A stretch of 64,000 bases of DNA from Alphaproteobacteria bacterium (lineage in GTDB: Bacteria > Pseudomonadota > Alphaproteobacteria > UBA7887): positions 2,176,001 through 2,240,000 of the forward strand of contig CBDCGL010000011.1 of NCBI GenBank assembly GCA_965216755.1. The letters run 5' to 3'. The notes beneath the pieces are model-generated. The model searched no databases. It saw nothing but the letters and a program-made list of their open reading frames with translations, and was not told the origin of the DNA. This document shows, one piece after another, positions 19,069 through 28,492 of the stretch. Positions within the stretch are counted from its first letter, which is position 1. Every line of letters begins with the position of its first letter. Position numbers and translations under genes: made by a program.

Positions 19069-19341
19069 TAGAGCAGTGTCCGACCATATTGAACCATTCT
19101 GCCGGAGCGATTTCGTGACAAAATCAAGTCGACGCCCGCAGGCCGCATCGGGCATACGGCTAAGGACATCGCCGTCGAGATTGTCACAAAAACACCCGGC
19201 CCCGCGGGTTTGCGACCGGCGGGCGTCCACTATGTCGGGCGGCTTGCCCGATGCGCCAGCATCGCGCTGCGCCGACCTTCGCGTGAACCGCCACGCCGGA
19301 CCGCGAACAGAATTGATTCAATATTGTCGGACACTGCTCTA
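19069..19341. mobile_element. 273-bp palindromic non-autonomous element (RPE/MITE-like), copy 1
   Basis: TAGAGCAGTGTCCGAC...GTCGGACACTGCTCTA terminal inverted repeat; ungapped hand alignment to 46071-46343 about 216/273 identical. Confidence 0.85.
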
Positions 19342-19417
19342 GCATCGGATTGACTTGCTATTTCGCTCAGCGACCTTGCGGCGCGTGCTCCGGACGGTTC
19401 AAAACAAACTCCTCGGG

Positions 19418-20005
19418 CTAACGTGCGTCTGCACTACGCGGACCACGCGCCTCTTCAATCAGCTTTGCCGCGACCGCCTTCGCCTTGCGTGCCACATCCG
19501 GATCGGCGGTGATCTGCGCAACCGCCGTCGCGCCCTCGTGCAGCAAATTGACGGCCTCGGCCACGCGCTTCGGATCATCGACTTCGGCAAGCCGCGCAAG
19601 GTCCTCGAAATACGCAAGCATCAAGCGCTTGTGAATGACCGCCTGTTGAAAAACGGGATTGGACGGATCGGCATACTCGCCAGCCGCACTGATAAATGGG
19701 CAGCCGTAAAACGACTTCTCCCGAAACCAACTATCTAGGCAATCGAATGTGGCGAGCAGCTTTTGCCGCGGATCGCTCGCGACGCGATCGACGGTCTCGC
19801 GCATATCGTCACGAAACTGATCATCAATGCGTTTAAGCACGGCGACGATCAAATCGTCTTTAGATTTGAAATGCCGGTAAAGGGTTGTCTTGGCAATGCC
19901 GGCCTCGGCGATGACTTGATCGACACCAACGGCGTGAAAGCCGATGCGATTAAAGAGCGCCCCGGCGACCCCGATCAAATGTGCACGCTTCTCGGCTCGC
20001 TTCAT
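19418..20005 (-). CDS. TetR/AcrR family regulator
   Basis: GFHAVGVDQVIAEAGIAKTTLYRHFKSKDDL, FYGCPF; ATG 20005 after AGAAGG. Confidence 0.9.
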   Translation of the reverse strand: MKRAEKRAHLIGVAGALFNRIGFHAVGVDQVIAEAGIAKTTLYRHFKSKDDLIVAVLKRIDDQFRDDMRETVDRVASDPRQKLLATFDCLDSWFREKSFYGCPFISAAGEYADPSNPVFQQAVIHKRLMLAYFEDLARLAEVDDPKRVAEAVNLLHEGATAVAQITADPDVARKAKAVAAKLIEEARGPRSADAR

Positions 20006-20145
20006 TTTTGACCTTCTAATAGAAACAGACCTGTACTCTCTAATTTTAGGGTCACGTGCGGTAGTATTGGTATGATACCGAGCGGTATTGAGACATTTTT
20101 CACCAACTTTTGAAGCATACCGATCCACCAGGCCCGCGATACCAG

Positions 20146-20202
20146 TTGACAAGCGGCACGGGTCTGTCTTCTTATGAAACGATACTGATTTGTATCGTTT
20201 CA
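20146..20202 (+). promoter_or_regulatory. Sigma70-like promoter with downstream operator palindrome
   Basis: TTGACA 20146-20151; perfect 11-bp IR TGAAACGATAC-tgattt-GTATCGTTTCA at 20175-20202. Confidence 0.65.
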
Positions 20203-20270
20203 GTACAGTTCAGACGGCACGATACAGATCCCTCACCACTCCTTCGCACTCGATCAGAAAGTGAGGCGAT

Positions 20271-20891
20271 ATGATCACCAATCGGACTTCTTTGCTACGC
20301 TTTGTTATGGCGGCTTTGATCGTACTGGCCAGCGCCGCCGCGTTGCACGCCTTGGTCAACCGTGCGCCATTGGCTTCGTCGGTTGCCAATGAAACCCAAG
20401 GTGCCGTCATCACCGCAAGCAATGAAACATCTATCCCTGACGGCTTTCGCGAGTGGGTCTTCATCGGCGCGCCGTTGACGCCAAATGGCCTGAACGGCGG
20501 CGCTGCTGGTTTCCCGGAGTTCCACCACGTTTATATCGAACCCGGTGCCTTTGCCGCGTACAAGCAAAACGGTGAATTCCCGGAAGGGACAACCATTGTC
20601 AAGGAATTGGTCTTGCTGAAGGACGGCCACTACGAAGACGGGTCACGCGACGAAGCGTCGGGTCGGGGTTTCTTCGCCGACCAATTTGCCGGCATCGACA
20701 TGATGGTCAAGGACACGGCGCGCTTTGCCGACACAGACGGCTGGGGCTTCTTCAACTTCGGCCACCACGCGCCACCCTACGCCGAAATCGCCGCCGCCGC
20801 GCCCAATGAAAGCTGCGCGTTTTGCCACACGGCGAATGCCACGCACGACATGGTCTTCACCACCTTTTACCCGATCCTCGACCGCCGATAG
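20271..20891 (+). CDS. Cytochrome P460 family protein
   Basis: Signal peptide, FREWVFIG, LTPNGLNGG, GTTIVKEL (cross-link Lys position), MVKD, C-terminal CAFCH, DMVFTTFYPIL. Confidence 0.88.
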   Translation: MITNRTSLLRFVMAALIVLASAAALHALVNRAPLASSVANETQGAVITASNETSIPDGFREWVFIGAPLTPNGLNGGAAGFPEFHHVYIEPGAFAAYKQNGEFPEGTTIVKELVLLKDGHYEDGSRDEASGRGFFADQFAGIDMMVKDTARFADTDGWGFFNFGHHAPPYAEIAAAAPNESCAFCHTANATHDMVFTTFYPILDRR

Positions 20892-20903
20892 ACCTGGTTG
20901 CGT

Positions 20904-20929
20904 GGGCGGTGTCCGCGAGGACACCGCCC
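20904..20929. terminator. Stable hairpin downstream of the P460 gene
   Basis: GGGCGGTGTCC-GCGA-GGACACCGCCC perfect 11-bp stem with GNRA loop; no U-tract. Confidence 0.45.
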
Positions 20930-21029
20930 CCCCACAGTGTCTGGCCCCTATGGCACCAATAGGTAGGCCACTAGCTGAGACTTCGGGGATTCACTCGCTG
21001 TTAGTCGCCGGCCGTGTAGCATTTCGCGC

Positions 21030-21308
21030 TCAAGCCCACTTCGGATCGGCTTGGTGCACGGTATCAACTTGGGTCTTGAGCTCTTCGGCCGTTGCCGCCT
21101 TGGCACATTACTGCGGGCTGGTGCCCATTTGCGGATCGGATTGTGGTTCGATCAACGGTTTCAGATCAGCTACGGAAACGCCCATCTCACAGCATTTGAA
21201 GTAGTGTGAACAGACCACTTCCTCCTTACTAGCGGCGCTCGCGTCGGAGATCGCAACACCCAACAGGCCAATTGCGGCGATCGCGAGGTTGATTGTTGTT
21301 AAGCCCAT
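21030..21308 (-). pseudogene. Small exported protein, possibly interrupted by an in-frame TAA at 21108-21110
   Basis: GGAG RBS, signal-peptide-like MGLTTINLAIAAIGLLGVAISDASA; frame continues CAKAATAEELKTQVDTVHQADPKWA after the stop. Confidence 0.3.
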
Positions 21309-21458
21309 GACGCGCTCCGATTTGTAATCTTTTGATGATCGTTGATCATCGTCAATCATCAATAGACTTGCGGTTGCGATATGAGCTTGGTGCAAGTTAG
21401 ATAGAATAATGGTTGTCTCGCCTGGCGCGCCACCACGGACCGTGAACCGGGCGCCGCT

Positions 21459-23321
21459 TTAACTCGCCGCGCGCTGCGCAATCTGGCGTGATTTATCTGT
21501 GAATTCCTCTATCGAGGAACGGATGTCAGCGGCGACCTCGGTCAAACCGGCCGCTGCGTCGGCGACCTTGTTCGCGGCGTCGTTGCTTTGTGTCACGCCA
21601 CTGTTGACATCAGCAATGCCCGAGATCGCTTGGTTGGTTCCCGTGACGGCGTGTTGCACGCTTTCCGCAATTTCTTCCGTCGCGCTATCTTGCACGTCGA
21701 TCGCCACGGAAACGTCAGCAGAGATAGCGTTCAATCGCTCGATCGTTTCGCCAATACCTTTGATGGTCCGGACGGTTTCGTGCGTCGCCGATTGAATATC
21801 ACCAATCTGGCCCGAGATTTCCTCCGTCGCTTTCGCTGTTTGATTGGCAAGCGACTTGACCTCGTTTGCAACCACCGCGAAACCGCGCCCGGCCTCGCCG
21901 GCACGCGCGGCCTCAATCGTGGCATTGAGCGCCAAAAGGTTGGTCTGACCCGCGATATCGTTGATCAGCCCAATCACCGTACCGATATTCTCGGCCATGC
22001 TCGCAAGCCGCTCAACATGTCGGTTGGATTCGCGCGCCGCGGCGGCGGCGGCATCCGCAATCTGCGAGCTTTCAGCCACGCGATCGTGAATCTGTTTGAT
22101 CGATTGCGACAAGCTCTGGGCTGAGGTTGATACGGCCTGTAGGTTGGCAGACGCCTCTTCGGAAGCCGCGGCGACCGTGGTCGAGGTCGTGCTGGCGGCT
22201 TGCGTGACCTGGGTCAGTTCCTGAGCAGTCGCCGACATTTCCGTCAGCGCATCGCCAAGTCCACCAAGCAGCATGTCTGTGCGCCGATCGAAGTCTTGCA
22301 TGACTGCTTGAGCATACTCGGCGCGGTCGTTGGCGGCTTGTTGATCGGCTTGCATCTGGTTGGCATGCACCCGTGCTTGCTGATCCCGTTCCTTTTGGCG
22401 CGCGTTTTCCGTTTCACGCTGGGTTTCCAGCATTTGCCGTTTTTCAGCTTCAAGCCGCTGTGTCTCTAAGGAATTGGTTTTGAAGACCTGCAGGGCCCGT
22501 GCAATCTCGCCAATTTCTCCGCCGGCGTCGACATACGGAATGGGCACGTTCGTTTCGCCGCGCGCAAGCTCGTTGGTTATCGCTGCAATCGAAACCATAG
22601 AGTTCGTTGCCCGCGCAATCACAAACACGGATAGAGTCGCCGCCGCCACACACAATAGGGTCGTGGCAAACATCCAAAACCGGGCGCGCCCATTGGCGGC
22701 GACAACATCACCGACAAGGCCGTTGAGAGCGGAAGCACGCTTTTGGCTTTCTGAGTGGACCGCCTCGGTCAGGGCGGCAACGCTGCCACTCAGGCTTTCG
22801 GCAACCTCGTCGAAGTCGGCCATCAGCCGATTACCGCGCGCCGGACCAATATCCACGTAGGCCCGAGCCATTCGCTGACCGGTTTCATAATAGGGGCCAA
22901 ATCGTGCTTTCACGGTGCCCAATTTGGCCTTCACCGTGGATAAGCCAAGCTTGTCCGCGAGAACCATCGCCTCATCGACCCGCTGTCGAAAAGCCTGTGC
23001 ATTTTCCTCGGCCATATCAAAACCGTCATTCAGGCCGTCCATGCCGCGGGTCGCGGAAATATCCGTCAACCACTGTTGCACTTGGACGATATGAAGCTCG
23101 ATATTGCCAATAGTTTCGACCAAGGGGCTGTCAACCTCGGTGAAATCGGTGGCCATCGTCTGAATAGTCGCAAGGCTCGGTTTTTGCGTCTGCAGATTGG
23201 TGAGACCAATTGCCACCGCAACGGCAGACAAGATCACGAGGGAAATCGTGCTACCGATTAACCTGACCCGCAAGCTCAAGGATCCAGCCACGGACGCCAG
23301 GTGCGAAAAGGCTTGCGACAT
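21459..23321 (-). CDS. Methyl-accepting chemotaxis protein
   Basis: TM, periplasmic sensor ([14 protein letters not shown]), TM, HAMP (EIGEIARAL), [30 protein letters not shown]. Confidence 0.95.
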   Translation of the reverse strand: MSQAFSHLASVAGSLSLRVRLIGSTISLVILSAVAVAIGLTNLQTQKPSLATIQTMATDFTEVDSPLVETIGNIELHIVQVQQWLTDISATRGMDGLNDGFDMAEENAQAFRQRVDEAMVLADKLGLSTVKAKLGTVKARFGPYYETGQRMARAYVDIGPARGNRLMADFDEVAESLSGSVAALTEAVHSESQKRASALNGLVGDVVAANGRARFWMFATTLLCVAAATLSVFVIARATNSMVSIAAITNELARGETNVPIPYVDAGGEIGEIARALQVFKTNSLETQRLEAEKRQMLETQRETENARQKERDQQARVHANQMQADQQAANDRAEYAQAVMQDFDRRTDMLLGGLGDALTEMSATAQELTQVTQAASTTSTTVAAASEEASANLQAVSTSAQSLSQSIKQIHDRVAESSQIADAAAAAARESNRHVERLASMAENIGTVIGLINDIAGQTNLLALNATIEAARAGEAGRGFAVVANEVKSLANQTAKATEEISGQIGDIQSATHETVRTIKGIGETIERLNAISADVSVAIDVQDSATEEIAESVQHAVTGTNQAISGIADVNSGVTQSNDAANKVADAAAGLTEVAADIRSSIEEFTDKSRQIAQRAAS

Positions 23322-23676
23322 GACAAATCGCTCCTCAATCGATTAGGGTTTTGATCGATCCGCCCCAATCGGAGTCCGAATCGGCACCTGTAGCGAGCCG
23401 TTTGCACATGCGAAGGCCCAAGACCGAGTCCAGGTTTCCGAAGTAAAATTAGTACCGTTCAGCGATTTGGCGACCGACTCAATGAATGAAACTCAGTCGC
23501 AATAACCATTGATTATTTGGTTACTCTCGGTATACGACCGTACTCCGCCGACGCGACGATCTGATACCTAAATGATCGAAACTTTTGATGTAGGTTTTTT
23601 GAGATAACCTTTAGAGTTACTCCTCAAGAGATCGCTCGCGTATTTGGCCAAGCTTGGCGTCGCGGCAGGGCCGGAC

Positions 23677-24531
23677 TCACACGCCAAACCGCCGCAAGAT
23701 CCGATCGACCGCAGGCAGATAAGCAGCGCCAAAAAGGCGCACATGAACCAACAGTGGATAGAGGTTGTATAGATCTCGGCGGGCCTCAAAGAAACCTGCC
23801 CGTATCGGTCGGATCTCATTATAAGCACGGAAAAACGGGTCACCGAACGTGTCAAACAACGCGGTGAAGGCCAGCTCAATTTCGGCGTCGGCGTAGTAGA
23901 TTGCGGGATCGATAAAACCGGTGATGTGGTCGCCAGCGGAAAGCACGTTACCACCCCACAAATCCCCGTGGATCAGCGATGGCGGCGCCGGTTCCGTCAA
24001 CCAATCGCTCAGGCGATCAGCGAGTCGATCCACCCGCCCGCGCATGGTGGCCTCCAACGCGCCAGCCCCATGGGCATCGGCGGCCATCGGCAACAAACGA
24101 CGGTCGCGGAAGAAAGCCAGCCAACTATCGCTAAGCGTATTGTTTTGTGACAAACCGCCAAGAACCGTGTCGCAGCCGAAACCGAACTGCGGTGCGGAGA
24201 TGCCGTGCAGAGCGGCGATCAAGGTCGCGGCATGTTCCTGCGCCGCGCGGCCAGGCGCGCCCGCCCGCCCCGGCAGTTGTGACATGATAAGCATTTCGGC
24301 ATCGTCAAAGAGCACCTCGGGCACCGGCAGCGTGCTCAATGCCTTGAGCCGGCGCAGCATCATCGCTTCGTTTTGTAGCGCGCCATGCCGTCCACCGGCC
24401 TTCGCGACAACCTCGCGCCCGTCAGACAGGCGCACGCGATAGACCGTCGCACCATGCCCACCGCCGATGCTTTCGGCGGTCTTGACGCCCGTGGCAAGGG
24501 CAGCTTCGACCCTTTTTCGAAGTGAAAGCAC
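23677..24531 (-). CDS. Fructosamine/ketosamine-3-kinase family protein
   Basis: LIHGDLWGGN, FIDPAIYYADAEIELAF, YNLYPLLVH. Confidence 0.9.
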   Translation of the reverse strand: MLSLRKRVEAALATGVKTAESIGGGHGATVYRVRLSDGREVVAKAGGRHGALQNEAMMLRRLKALSTLPVPEVLFDDAEMLIMSQLPGRAGAPGRAAQEHAATLIAALHGISAPQFGFGCDTVLGGLSQNNTLSDSWLAFFRDRRLLPMAADAHGAGALEATMRGRVDRLADRLSDWLTEPAPPSLIHGDLWGGNVLSAGDHITGFIDPAIYYADAEIELAFTALFDTFGDPFFRAYNEIRPIRAGFFEARRDLYNLYPLLVHVRLFGAAYLPAVDRILRRFGV

Positions 24532-24533
24532 CG

Positions 24534-25037
24534 TCAGCCGATCGGCGCGCGACGCAGATCCTTTGCCAGCACGTCGACCAAGCCGAGGCTCGCCACCTCA
24601 ACCAAATCGAGCACCTCATCGAAATCGGTCGTATCACCGTAGTACGGATCCGGCACATCGCGCGCGCCCACGTGCTGCGCGTAGTCCAGAAACAGTCCCA
24701 CGCGACATAGCGCGCTATCGGGCCTCTTGCGTTCGAGCCATTGCAAATGCCCACGATCCATGGCCAGCATCAAGTCGAACTGGTCGAAATCGCGCCGCCG
24801 CACTTTGCGTGCGCGCATATGGCCCAGATCGACGCCGCGCGTGCGTGCGGCAGCTCGTGCGCGCGCGTCGGGCGGCTCGCCTTCATGCCAACCCGACGTG
24901 CCCGCAGAATCGGCCATGATCCGATCACCGAGTTGCGCCGCCCCGATATCGCGGCGAAACACGCCCTCGGCGGTCGGTGACCGGCAAATGTTGCCTGTAC
25001 ACACAAACAGCACGCGAAACACCGAGGTCCTGCTCAT
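24534..25037 (-). CDS. Low-molecular-weight protein tyrosine phosphatase
   Basis: VCTGNICRSP, DSAGT, DVPDPYY. Confidence 0.95.
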   Translation of the reverse strand: MSRTSVFRVLFVCTGNICRSPTAEGVFRRDIGAAQLGDRIMADSAGTSGWHEGEPPDARARAAARTRGVDLGHMRARKVRRRDFDQFDLMLAMDRGHLQWLERKRPDSALCRVGLFLDYAQHVGARDVPDPYYGDTTDFDEVLDLVEVASLGLVDVLAKDLRRAPIG

Positions 25038-26473
25038 GCCGCCAGCACGCCCCTGCGCGCTGCAGGCGCGGTTTCACGCAGCAGATCCCATAGCGCTTTG
25101 ACGTGATCGATCGTCGTGCTGGTTTGACCGATCGAAACACGGATGATGTAGCTGTCGTGCACACGATGATGGGTTAGATAGGCTTGACCTGATCCGTTCA
25201 CCGCTTCCACCAAGGCCGCGTTGATCCGATCCAGTGCGACACCGTCGTCGATGCCAGGGGGGTGGTAGCGCATGGAAATCAAGGCTAAGGGCGCAGGCGC
25301 CATCAATTCGAACGCCGGGTCGGCGGCGATTTCATCGCGCAGCCAATGCGCGGCCGCGATATGGTCGCGCAACATGCGCCGCAATCCATCGACGCCATAG
25401 CTGCGGATCACAAACCATAACTTCAGAGCGCGGAACCGGCGCCCCAGCGGCACGCTCCAATCCCGATAGTTGCGCACGGGTCCGCCGGTCTCGGTTTTCA
25501 GATATTCGGGCAGAATCGACAAGGTGCGCAGCAGCGCGTCGACGTCACGCACATACAGCGCCGAACAATCGAAATTGGTGAACAACCATTTGTGCGGGTT
25601 GAAAACGAAACTGTCCGCATCTCCGATGCCGTCGGCCATCCAACGAAATTCCGGTAGGATGAAGGCCGATCCCGCCCACGCGGCATCGACATGCAACCAC
25701 AGGCCATGAGCCCGACAAATCTCGGCGATCGCGGGCACCGGATCGACTGCACCGGTGCCGGTCGTGCCGATCGCAGCGACCACACAGATGGGTTTGCGAC
25801 CAGCGGCGATGTCTTCCGCAATCGCTGCGTGCAGTGCGTCCGGACGCATCGCGAACGTCGCGTCATCAACAGGGATTTGGCGATATCCGCGGCGTCCAAG
25901 TCCCGCGATCTTGATCGCCTTTTCAATCGAGGAATGACATTCAGCGCTGCCATACACGACCATCGGCGGCTGCGTCGCCAGCCCGTCTTCATTGGCTTTG
26001 TCGTTCGTCGCCCGCTCACGCGCGGCCAAAATGGCGCACAAAGTGCCGGTCGACGCCGAGTCCTGTATTGCACCCTCAAACCCGTCTGGCAGTCCGATCA
26101 TCTTGCGCAGCCAAACCATCATCATCTGCTCGAGCTCGGTGGCCGCCGGCGAGGTCTGCCAACTCATGCACTGTGCACCCAGCGTCGCCGTCAACATTTC
26201 CGCCAACACCGACGGAGGGCTGCTATTGGCCGGAAAATAGGCGAAGAAGGACGGATGCTGCCAATGAGTCATGGCCGGCACGATCAATGATTCGAAATCG
26301 GCAAAACTAGTTGCAATCGGTATCGGGCCGGCGGGCGGCTCTGAGGGCAACTGCGCAAAAACATCCCCAGGCGGTGTCGGCGGCCGGACCGGCCGCGTCG
26401 CGACGGTGTCCATGTAATCCGCCATCCACTCGACAAACGCGTGGGCGGTCTCTCGGAATTCTTTTGAGTCCAA
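25034..26473 (-). CDS. PLP-dependent group II decarboxylase (aromatic L-amino acid decarboxylase-like)
   Basis: THWQHPSFFAYFP, SPAATELE, HVDAAWAG, FNPHKW, LGRRFRALKLW; TTG start. Confidence 0.92.
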   Translation of the reverse strand: MDSKEFRETAHAFVEWMADYMDTVATRPVRPPTPPGDVFAQLPSEPPAGPIPIATSFADFESLIVPAMTHWQHPSFFAYFPANSSPPSVLAEMLTATLGAQCMSWQTSPAATELEQMMMVWLRKMIGLPDGFEGAIQDSASTGTLCAILAARERATNDKANEDGLATQPPMVVYGSAECHSSIEKAIKIAGLGRRGYRQIPVDDATFAMRPDALHAAIAEDIAAGRKPICVVAAIGTTGTGAVDPVPAIAEICRAHGLWLHVDAAWAGSAFILPEFRWMADGIGDADSFVFNPHKWLFTNFDCSALYVRDVDALLRTLSILPEYLKTETGGPVRNYRDWSVPLGRRFRALKLWFVIRSYGVDGLRRMLRDHIAAAHWLRDEIAADPAFELMAPAPLALISMRYHPPGIDDGVALDRINAALVEAVNGSGQAYLTHHRVHDSYIIRVSIGQTSTTIDHVKALWDLLRETAPAARRGVLAA

Positions 26474-26603
26474 GGGCTTAGACGTTCATTGCGGTTTTTT
26501 TTGGCGTCTCATGCCGGCGCGCATACTATCGGTGCCGTAAAACCCTCGCAACCGCCGCCACACCAGCGACCAAGAATGTCACGCACGGTTCCGATACCAA
26601 GTC

Positions 26604-27248
26604 ATGACCCACAGCAAACGCCGTAAACCTTCGCGACCACCATTTTGGTCGAGAGCACGGCGTCATCTGCAAGACAATGATTCGATCTTGGCGCCGATCG
26701 TTGGCCGTCTCAAACGTGAAGCCCTGGTGCCCCGCCACGATGCCTTTTATTCGTTGGCGCGATCAATTGTTGGGCAACAAATTTCGGTCAAAGCTGCCCA
26801 GTCGGTTTGGACACGCTTTGAAGCGACGGTTGTAGAGGTCGCGCCCGATTCCGTTGCCGTCGTGTCGCATGAACAGCTGTGTGCGTGCGGCCTGTCGCGG
26901 CAAAAGGCGCGCTACCTGGCAAGTTTGGCCGAATATTTCGGGAATGGCAGTCTATGTCCGGAGGATTGGCCGAACCTAGATGACGAAGCGATCATTGCCA
27001 GCCTGACTCAGATCAAGGGCATCGGTCGGTGGACCGCCGAGATGTTTTTGATCTTCCACCTCATGCGCCCGGATGTCCTACCCCTTGCCGATATCGGCGT
27101 GCAACGGGCCATGCGCGACCTGTACAATGATGGTGCGCCCCTGACTGCGGAAGAAATGGCAGAGATCGCAGCGCCTTGGCGACCATGGCGCTCGGTCGCT
27201 GTGTGGTATTTGTGGCGCATGCTCGATGCCGAGCCGGTCAACTACTGA
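26604..27248 (+). CDS. alkA: DNA-3-methyladenine glycosylase II (AlkA family)
   Basis: IVGQQISVKAA, HhH IKGIGRWTAEMF, DVLPLAD, WRPWRS. Confidence 0.88.
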   Translation: MTHSKRRKPSRPPFWSRARRHLQDNDSILAPIVGRLKREALVPRHDAFYSLARSIVGQQISVKAAQSVWTRFEATVVEVAPDSVAVVSHEQLCACGLSRQKARYLASLAEYFGNGSLCPEDWPNLDDEAIIASLTQIKGIGRWTAEMFLIFHLMRPDVLPLADIGVQRAMRDLYNDGAPLTAEEMAEIAAPWRPWRSVAVWYLWRMLDAEPVNY

Positions 27249-27377
27249 GAGACGCAGACCGTACAGTGACGCTTTGGAACCCACTTGAATGAGGCGGCAC
27301 CGGTCGGCCGGAATCGTCATGCGCGAAAATCCGAATGCGCCGGATGCGAGGAGGACAGTTTGCGAGGACTGCAAAAA

Positions 27378-28487
27378 ATGCGGTTGAAACGATGGCCGGC
27401 AATGATTGTGCTGCTGGCCGCCGCCGCCATCTCGACGGATCGCACGATCGCCCAAGAAAGTGATCCCTTGCCGAGTGTGGTCGTCACGACAGTTGCGCCG
27501 CGCGATGTAACACCGCAGTTCAGCTATGTCGGCCGCATCGAGGCAATGGACCGCGTCGATATGCGTGCCCGCGTTGAAGGCATTCTTGAGGCGCGCAATT
27601 TCCGCGAGGGTAGTGAAGTCGAGGCGGGCCAACTGCTGTTTGCGCTCGAAAAAGACCGATACGAGGTCATTGTTCAGCAACGTCAAGCGGATCTGGCTGG
27701 CGCCAAGGCCACGCTGGTCAACGCCGAGGCCGATTTGGCACGTAAGCAAGAACTGGTCGAACGGGGCACCGTGTCAACGGCTTCGCTGGACGAGTCGCGG
27801 GCGTTGGCCGGCGCCGCGCACGCCCAAGTGTTAAATGCGGAAGCCGCGCTGCGGGCGGCCGAACTCGACCTCAGTTACACAGACATTTACAGCCCGATCG
27901 ACGGCAAAATTGGTCGCGCCCGCTACAGTCTGGGCAATTTGGTCGGCACCGGCAGCGAACCACTCGCCACGATTACCAGCGTCGACCCAGTTTTCGTCAC
28001 TTTCGGTGTCAGTGAAAAACAGCTGATCGAAGCCCGGCGGCGCGGCATCGATATCGAGAACCCGCCGGTGGCGCCGTCATTGGTCCTGTCTGACGGCAGC
28101 GACTACGAGTACCCCGGCGCCTTCGATTTCTTGAGCCCGGACGTTAGCCAAAGCACCGACACGATTACCGTGCGTGCGGTATTCCCAAATCCAGATCGGG
28201 TCTTGTGGCCGGGGCAGTTCGTAACGGTCATCGTCAAGCAAAAGGTGCCCGAGTCCGCCTTGGTGATACCGCAAGCCGCCATGCAGGAAGATCAGCAAGG
28301 CTACTTCGTTCTGGTGGTCAACCGCACCGACGAGGTGGAAGTGCGCCGCGTCGTGGCCGGGCAAAAAATCGACTCCGATTGGGTGATTGGCGAAAACCTT
28401 AGCGTCGGCGAACGCGTGATTGTTCAAGGCCTACAAAAAGTGCAGCCGGATATGATTGTCAACCCGGTCACAATGGACAGCGAGTAA
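27378..28487 (+). CDS. RND efflux membrane-fusion (periplasmic adaptor) protein
   Basis: RARVEG, LSYTDIYSPIDGKIG, FPNPDRVLWPGQF, GLQKV; ATG 27378 after GAGG. Confidence 0.9.
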   Translation: MRLKRWPAMIVLLAAAAISTDRTIAQESDPLPSVVVTTVAPRDVTPQFSYVGRIEAMDRVDMRARVEGILEARNFREGSEVEAGQLLFALEKDRYEVIVQQRQADLAGAKATLVNAEADLARKQELVERGTVSTASLDESRALAGAAHAQVLNAEAALRAAELDLSYTDIYSPIDGKIGRARYSLGNLVGTGSEPLATITSVDPVFVTFGVSEKQLIEARRRGIDIENPPVAPSLVLSDGSDYEYPGAFDFLSPDVSQSTDTITVRAVFPNPDRVLWPGQFVTVIVKQKVPESALVIPQAAMQEDQQGYFVLVVNRTDEVEVRRVVAGQKIDSDWVIGENLSVGERVIVQGLQKVQPDMIVNPVTMDSE

Positions 28488-28492
28488 GCGGC

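Noticed and set aside
19055-19342. Homologous 95-aa and 84-aa ORFs (also 46090..46344) inside the repeat, as a small protein family
   Set aside because: Most codon differences between the copies are non-synonymous and track base-pairing, and the starts are not shared. Net insertion length with a TA duplication (271 bp) is not a multiple of 3.
20006-20152. Longer start for the second TetR
   Set aside because: It would cover the promoter/operator region; the HTH and an RBS fit ATG 20005.
23322-23676. c-di-GMP riboswitch in the MCP leader
   Set aside because: GEMM consensus elements were not found on the minus strand; it looks like an AT-richer promoter region.
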